The notes under the pieces were generated by a model that was not told where the DNA came from, did no database searches, and worked only from the letters and a program-made list of their open reading frames with translations. A stretch of 64,000 nucleotides of DNA from Gammaproteobacteria bacterium (GTDB lineage Bacteria; Pseudomonadota; Gammaproteobacteria; UBA4575), in NCBI GenBank assembly GCA_965222615.1, contig CBDCUI010000008.1, forward strand, positions 384,001-448,000, in the 5' to 3' direction. Both the position numbers and the translations under genes were made by a program. Below, in pieces: positions 60,657 to 64,000 of the stretch (position 1 is the first letter of the stretch; each line of letters opens with the position of its first letter).

Positions 60657-61454
60657 ATGAGTATTCAAGCACACCGCAAAAATATTACGCTTTCGCGTTT
60701 ACATGCAATGAAAACTAATAATGAAAAAATTGCATGTCTTACTGCATATGATTCAAGTTTTGCGGCGTTATTAGACCAAGCAGGTGTTGAAGTAATATTG
60801 GTTGGTGATTCTTTGGGCATGGTGGTGCAAGGCCAAGACAGCACTGTATCCGTGACAATGGAAGATATGATCTACCATAGCCAATGTGTAAGCTCTACAG
60901 TTAAACAAGCCTTTATCATGACCGATATGCCATTTATGTCATACACCAACATAGATCAAGCACTGAATAATGCCACCGATTTGATTCAGTTGGGGGGTGC
61001 GCAGATGGTTAAGTTAGAAGCCTCAACACGCCAGGTCAGTATTGTTCAGGAGTTAAGCGAATGTGGCATACCTATTTGCGCACATTTAGGTTTACGGCCT
61101 CAATATATACATAAATTGGGTGGCTATTCCATGCAGGGCAATGATGAGGCAAGTGCCAAAGAGTTGTTTGATAGTGCAGAAAATTTACAAGCAGCCGGTG
61201 CCGATATGCTGTTACTTGAGTGTGTGCCGAATGATTTGGCAAAAAAGATTACTCAAAATTGTTCAATACCGGTGATAGGGATTGGTGCGGGAGCAGATTG
61301 TGATGGGCAGATTTTGGTGTTACATGATGTGTTAGGAATTACTCAAGGGGTGAAACCAAAATTTGCCAAGGATTTTCTAGCCGATGCAAAAGATATTTCT
61401 TCAGCCATTACGTCTTATGTGCAAGATGTAAAAAATCAGCGCTTTCCCAATTAG
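60657..61454 (+). CDS. panB: 3-methyl-2-oxobutanoate hydroxymethyltransferase
   Basis: LTAYD, LVGDSLGM, VKLE and IGIGAG..CDGQILV motifs. Confidence 0.96.
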   Translation: MSIQAHRKNITLSRLHAMKTNNEKIACLTAYDSSFAALLDQAGVEVILVGDSLGMVVQGQDSTVSVTMEDMIYHSQCVSSTVKQAFIMTDMPFMSYTNIDQALNNATDLIQLGGAQMVKLEASTRQVSIVQELSECGIPICAHLGLRPQYIHKLGGYSMQGNDEASAKELFDSAENLQAAGADMLLLECVPNDLAKKITQNCSIPVIGIGAGADCDGQILVLHDVLGITQGVKPKFAKDFLADAKDISSAITSYVQDVKNQRFPN

Positions 61455-61479
61455 AGTTAAAATTATATAAATTATTTAT

Positions 61480-62331
61480 ATGCAAACGATTGCTACGGTT
61501 GCCGCACTTCGTGAGCAAATTTCTGGGTGGAAACAAAACGGAGAAAAAATAATTTTTGTTCCGACCATGGGTAATTTACATGCGGGACACTTGGCACTTG
61601 TCAATTTTGCGAAAACACTTGGTGGAAAAGTCATTTGTAGTATTTTTGTCAATGCTCTGCAGTTTGATCGTGAGGATGATTTACAAGCGTATCCGCGTAC
61701 ACCACAACGTGATATAGCTATTTTAGAGAAGGTTGGTGTTGATCTAGTATTCATGCCTGAGCATGAAGAAATCTATTCCGAGCAAATCAAAAGTCAGATT
61801 AGTGCTCCTGAAAACCCATTAAATCAGCAATTTTGTGGAAAATTTCGGCCTGGTTTTTTCCAAGGTATTGTCGAAGTTGTTACCAGGCTGTTTCACATCG
61901 TGAAACCCGATGTTGCAATATTTGGCGAAAAAGACTACCAGCAATTAGTCATCATCAAGCAACTGGTTAAAACTCTTGGATTACCTGTACAAATTGAACA
62001 AGTCGCAACTCAGCGTGAAGGAGATGGTTTAGCATTAAGTTCGCGGAATTCATACTTGACTGAAGCAGAACGCCATATAGCCCCACGTTTGTACTCAGTA
62101 CTGTTAGGAATTAGCAAACAGATCGAAGAAGGTTGTCGGGATTTTGCCGAATTAGAAGCTCGGGCTGCAAAGCAGCTTACCAAGGTTGGATTTCAACCAG
62201 ATTATATTGCGATTCGAGATGCGAAAAATCTTGAAGAGGTTACTTATGACACTGATTTTATTGTGATTTTAGCAGCAGCCTGGTTAGGCAAGGCGCGTCT
62301 CATTGATAATGTGCTGTTACAAAATCCTTAA
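61480..62331 (+). CDS. panC: Pantoate--beta-alanine ligase
   Basis: VPTMGNLHAGH, FGEKDYQQL, REGDGLALSSRN and RLIDN motifs. Confidence 0.96.
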   Translation: MQTIATVAALREQISGWKQNGEKIIFVPTMGNLHAGHLALVNFAKTLGGKVICSIFVNALQFDREDDLQAYPRTPQRDIAILEKVGVDLVFMPEHEEIYSEQIKSQISAPENPLNQQFCGKFRPGFFQGIVEVVTRLFHIVKPDVAIFGEKDYQQLVIIKQLVKTLGLPVQIEQVATQREGDGLALSSRNSYLTEAERHIAPRLYSVLLGISKQIEEGCRDFAELEARAAKQLTKVGFQPDYIAIRDAKNLEEVTYDTDFIVILAAAWLGKARLIDNVLLQNP

Positions 62332-62376
62332 ATCAGTATACTTTATGCAAAGAGTTATGTTCGTAAGGAGACAAAT

Positions 62377-62505
62377 ATGTGGGTCTTAGTCGTACTTTGC
62401 TTTGCGTTGGTGTTTATCATTACTGTAATTGGCCAATTAAGCGTATTTAATATGAGTGTTACCGAGCTTATAACATTCAAACGTGTGACGGATGAAAATT
62501 CCTAA
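62377..62505 (+). CDS. Small (42 aa) single-TM protein, not in the ORF track
   Basis: AAGGAG SD 6 nt before ATG; MWVLVVLCFALVFIITVIGQLSVFNMSVTELITFKRVTDENS*; followed by a terminator. Confidence 0.6.
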   Translation: MWVLVVLCFALVFIITVIGQLSVFNMSVTELITFKRVTDENS

Positions 62506-62527
62506 CCAATAAACAACGCATATTATA

Positions 62528-62557
62528 AAGGGCGCTTTACTAGCGCCCTTATTTTTT
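62528..62557 (+). terminator. Rho-independent terminator
   Basis: AAGGGCGCT-TTACT-AGCGCCCTT followed by ATTTTTT. Confidence 0.8.
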
Positions 62558-62578
62558 GTGCATTACTATTGTTTTATT

Positions 62579-64000
62579 ATGCGCAAACCACTTCCTCAAT
62601 TAGTTAGTTACCAATCTTTGCGCCAACATGCGCTTGAAATTAAGTCGCAAACATTGCGCGAGATGTTTGCACAAGATTCAAATCGTTTTAGTTCATTTTC
62701 ACAAGAATTTAACCAGCTATTGTTAGATTATTCTAAAAACAGAATTACAAACGAAACGATTGAAAAACTCATTTTGTTATTAGAGGAATGTGAATTTGAT
62801 GCGTGGCGAGCAAAAATGTTTGCAGGAGAGGCAATCAATTTCACTGAAAATCGTGGTGTACAACATGCAGCTTTAAGAAATTTAGATGATCATTCATCTT
62901 CTTGGGGTAAAAAACAGCATGAAGTTTTGCAACAGATGCAAAAATTCGTTGATGAGGTTCATGCTGAGAATTTTACAGATGTTGTTAACCTAGGTATTGG
63001 AGGTTCGCATCTGGGGCCTATGATGGTCTGTGATGCCCTAGTCGATTTCGCCAAGCCTGGGCTAAATGTTCACTTCGTGGCAAATGTGGATGCCACTGAA
63101 ATCAACCGAGTGTTAAATAAACTCAATCCAGCTACGACGCTTTTCATAGTAACTTCAAAAAGTTTCACTACCCAGGAAACACTGGCTAATGCAAATACTG
63201 CAAAACAATGGTTGTGTAGTGATGAGCAAATAAAAAATGATCTAGCTAAACACTTTGTTGCCGTATCAGCGAATGTGGATAAGGCAAAGTCATTTGGAAT
63301 TTCACAAGAAAAAATATTTCCCATGTGGGATGAAGTTGGCGGACGATTCTCGTTATGGTCTGCGGTAGGCTTATCCATTGCTCTTTATATAGGGATGTCT
63401 AGCTTTAAAGAATTATTACGAGGTGCCAATGCAATGGACACGCATTTTAAAAATACCTCTGCAAAAGAGAATATACCTGTGTTACTGGCATTGTTAGAAA
63501 TTTGGAATCAGCATTTTTTAGATGCTTCAGTGAATGCTGTTTTACCTTACGATGTACGGTTGACATATTTACCGGCTTTTTTGCAGCAACTTGTTATGGA
63601 AAGTAACGGTAAATATGTAGATCGAGAAGGAAATGCCCTAGAAGTTCCAAGTTCACCCATCGTATTTGGAGATGTTGGCACAAATTCACAACATAGTTTT
63701 TTTCAACTTTTACATCAAGGCACACATAGCATAAGTTGTGATTTTATAGGGATTGCAAAAGCGAATCACAGTAATGAACATCAGCACAATATGCTATTGG
63801 CGAATATGATTGGGCAAACCCAAGCATTAATGCTGGGACAAACTCAAGAAGAAGTGCTCACACAGGGTGAAGAACAGTATCCCGCACATAAATTTTTTCC
63901 AGGCAATCGCGTTAGTAACATCATTTTATTGAAAGAACTAACGCCTCATACATTGGGACTATTGATCGCGATGTATGAACATAAAGTGTTTGTACAAGGG
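62579..64000 (+). CDS. pgi: Glucose-6-phosphate isomerase, 3' end beyond the window
   Basis: Manual translation: LLDYSKNRIT, NLGIGGSHLGP, SKSFTTQET, WDEVGGRFSLWSAVG, QQLVMESNGK and GTNSQHSFFQLLHQGT motifs. Confidence 0.96.
   Translation, partial: MRKPLPQLVSYQSLRQHALEIKSQTLREMFAQDSNRFSSFSQEFNQLLLDYSKNRITNETIEKLILLLEECEFDAWRAKMFAGEAINFTENRGVQHAALRNLDDHSSSWGKKQHEVLQQMQKFVDEVHAENFTDVVNLGIGGSHLGPMMVCDALVDFAKPGLNVHFVANVDATEINRVLNKLNPATTLFIVTSKSFTTQETLANANTAKQWLCSDEQIKNDLAKHFVAVSANVDKAKSFGISQEKIFPMWDEVGGRFSLWSAVGLSIALYIGMSSFKELLRGANAMDTHFKNTSAKENIPVLLALLEIWNQHFLDASVNAVLPYDVRLTYLPAFLQQLVMESNGKYVDREGNALEVPSSPIVFGDVGTNSQHSFFQLLHQGTHSISCDFIGIAKANHSNEHQHNMLLANMIGQTQALMLGQTQEEVLTQGEEQYPAHKFFPGNRVSNIILLKELTPHTLGLLIAMYEHKVFVQG

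Overview
AT-rich (roughly 38-40% GC by eye) gammaproteobacterial chromosome segment, mostly housekeeping genes. It starts with a type IVa pilin locus (asnB-like fragment, DUF354-like protein, GT2, TMTC/TfpW-like membrane glycosyltransferase, pilA, pilR, pilS). It continues through sucCD-nadE, bamD-rluD-pgeF-clpB, proS, lysR, perM-bcp-dapA-bamC, dxs-ispA-xseB, a rubrerythrin/Fe-S oxidoreductase/DUF3501 operon, fdhD-radA, corB-ypjD, ffh-rpsP-rimM-trmD-rplS, ogt, htpG, ycgN, GST, hslR, pcnB-folK-dNK-panB-panC and a partial pgi. The standout is a five-gene island at about 52.3-55.8 kb. Its central protein begins with a Flp/Tad-type prepilin (G|TVSVEY plus hydrophobic helix), followed by a pre-toxin-like helical region and two tandem putative toxin domains, the last a WHH/HNH nuclease. 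A candidate immunity gene lies on each side (SMI1/KNR4 downstream), and a secreted PsbP/DcrB-like protein and a small membrane protein precede them. This suggests a pilin-delivered polymorphic toxin system. Other notable items: several families of dispersed structured repeats (one showing compensatory base changes and GGA loops), a candidate ~165-nt rod-like RNA, tandem ICE/Irr-like boxes before rubrerythrin, an orphan high-GC ABC binding-protein gene, a frameshifted DUF4124 gene, a Tat-like micropeptide and a 52-bp triplication of a gene start. All family assignments come from motif recognition by eye; no searches were run. No rRNA, tRNA, CRISPR array or transposase was recognised.
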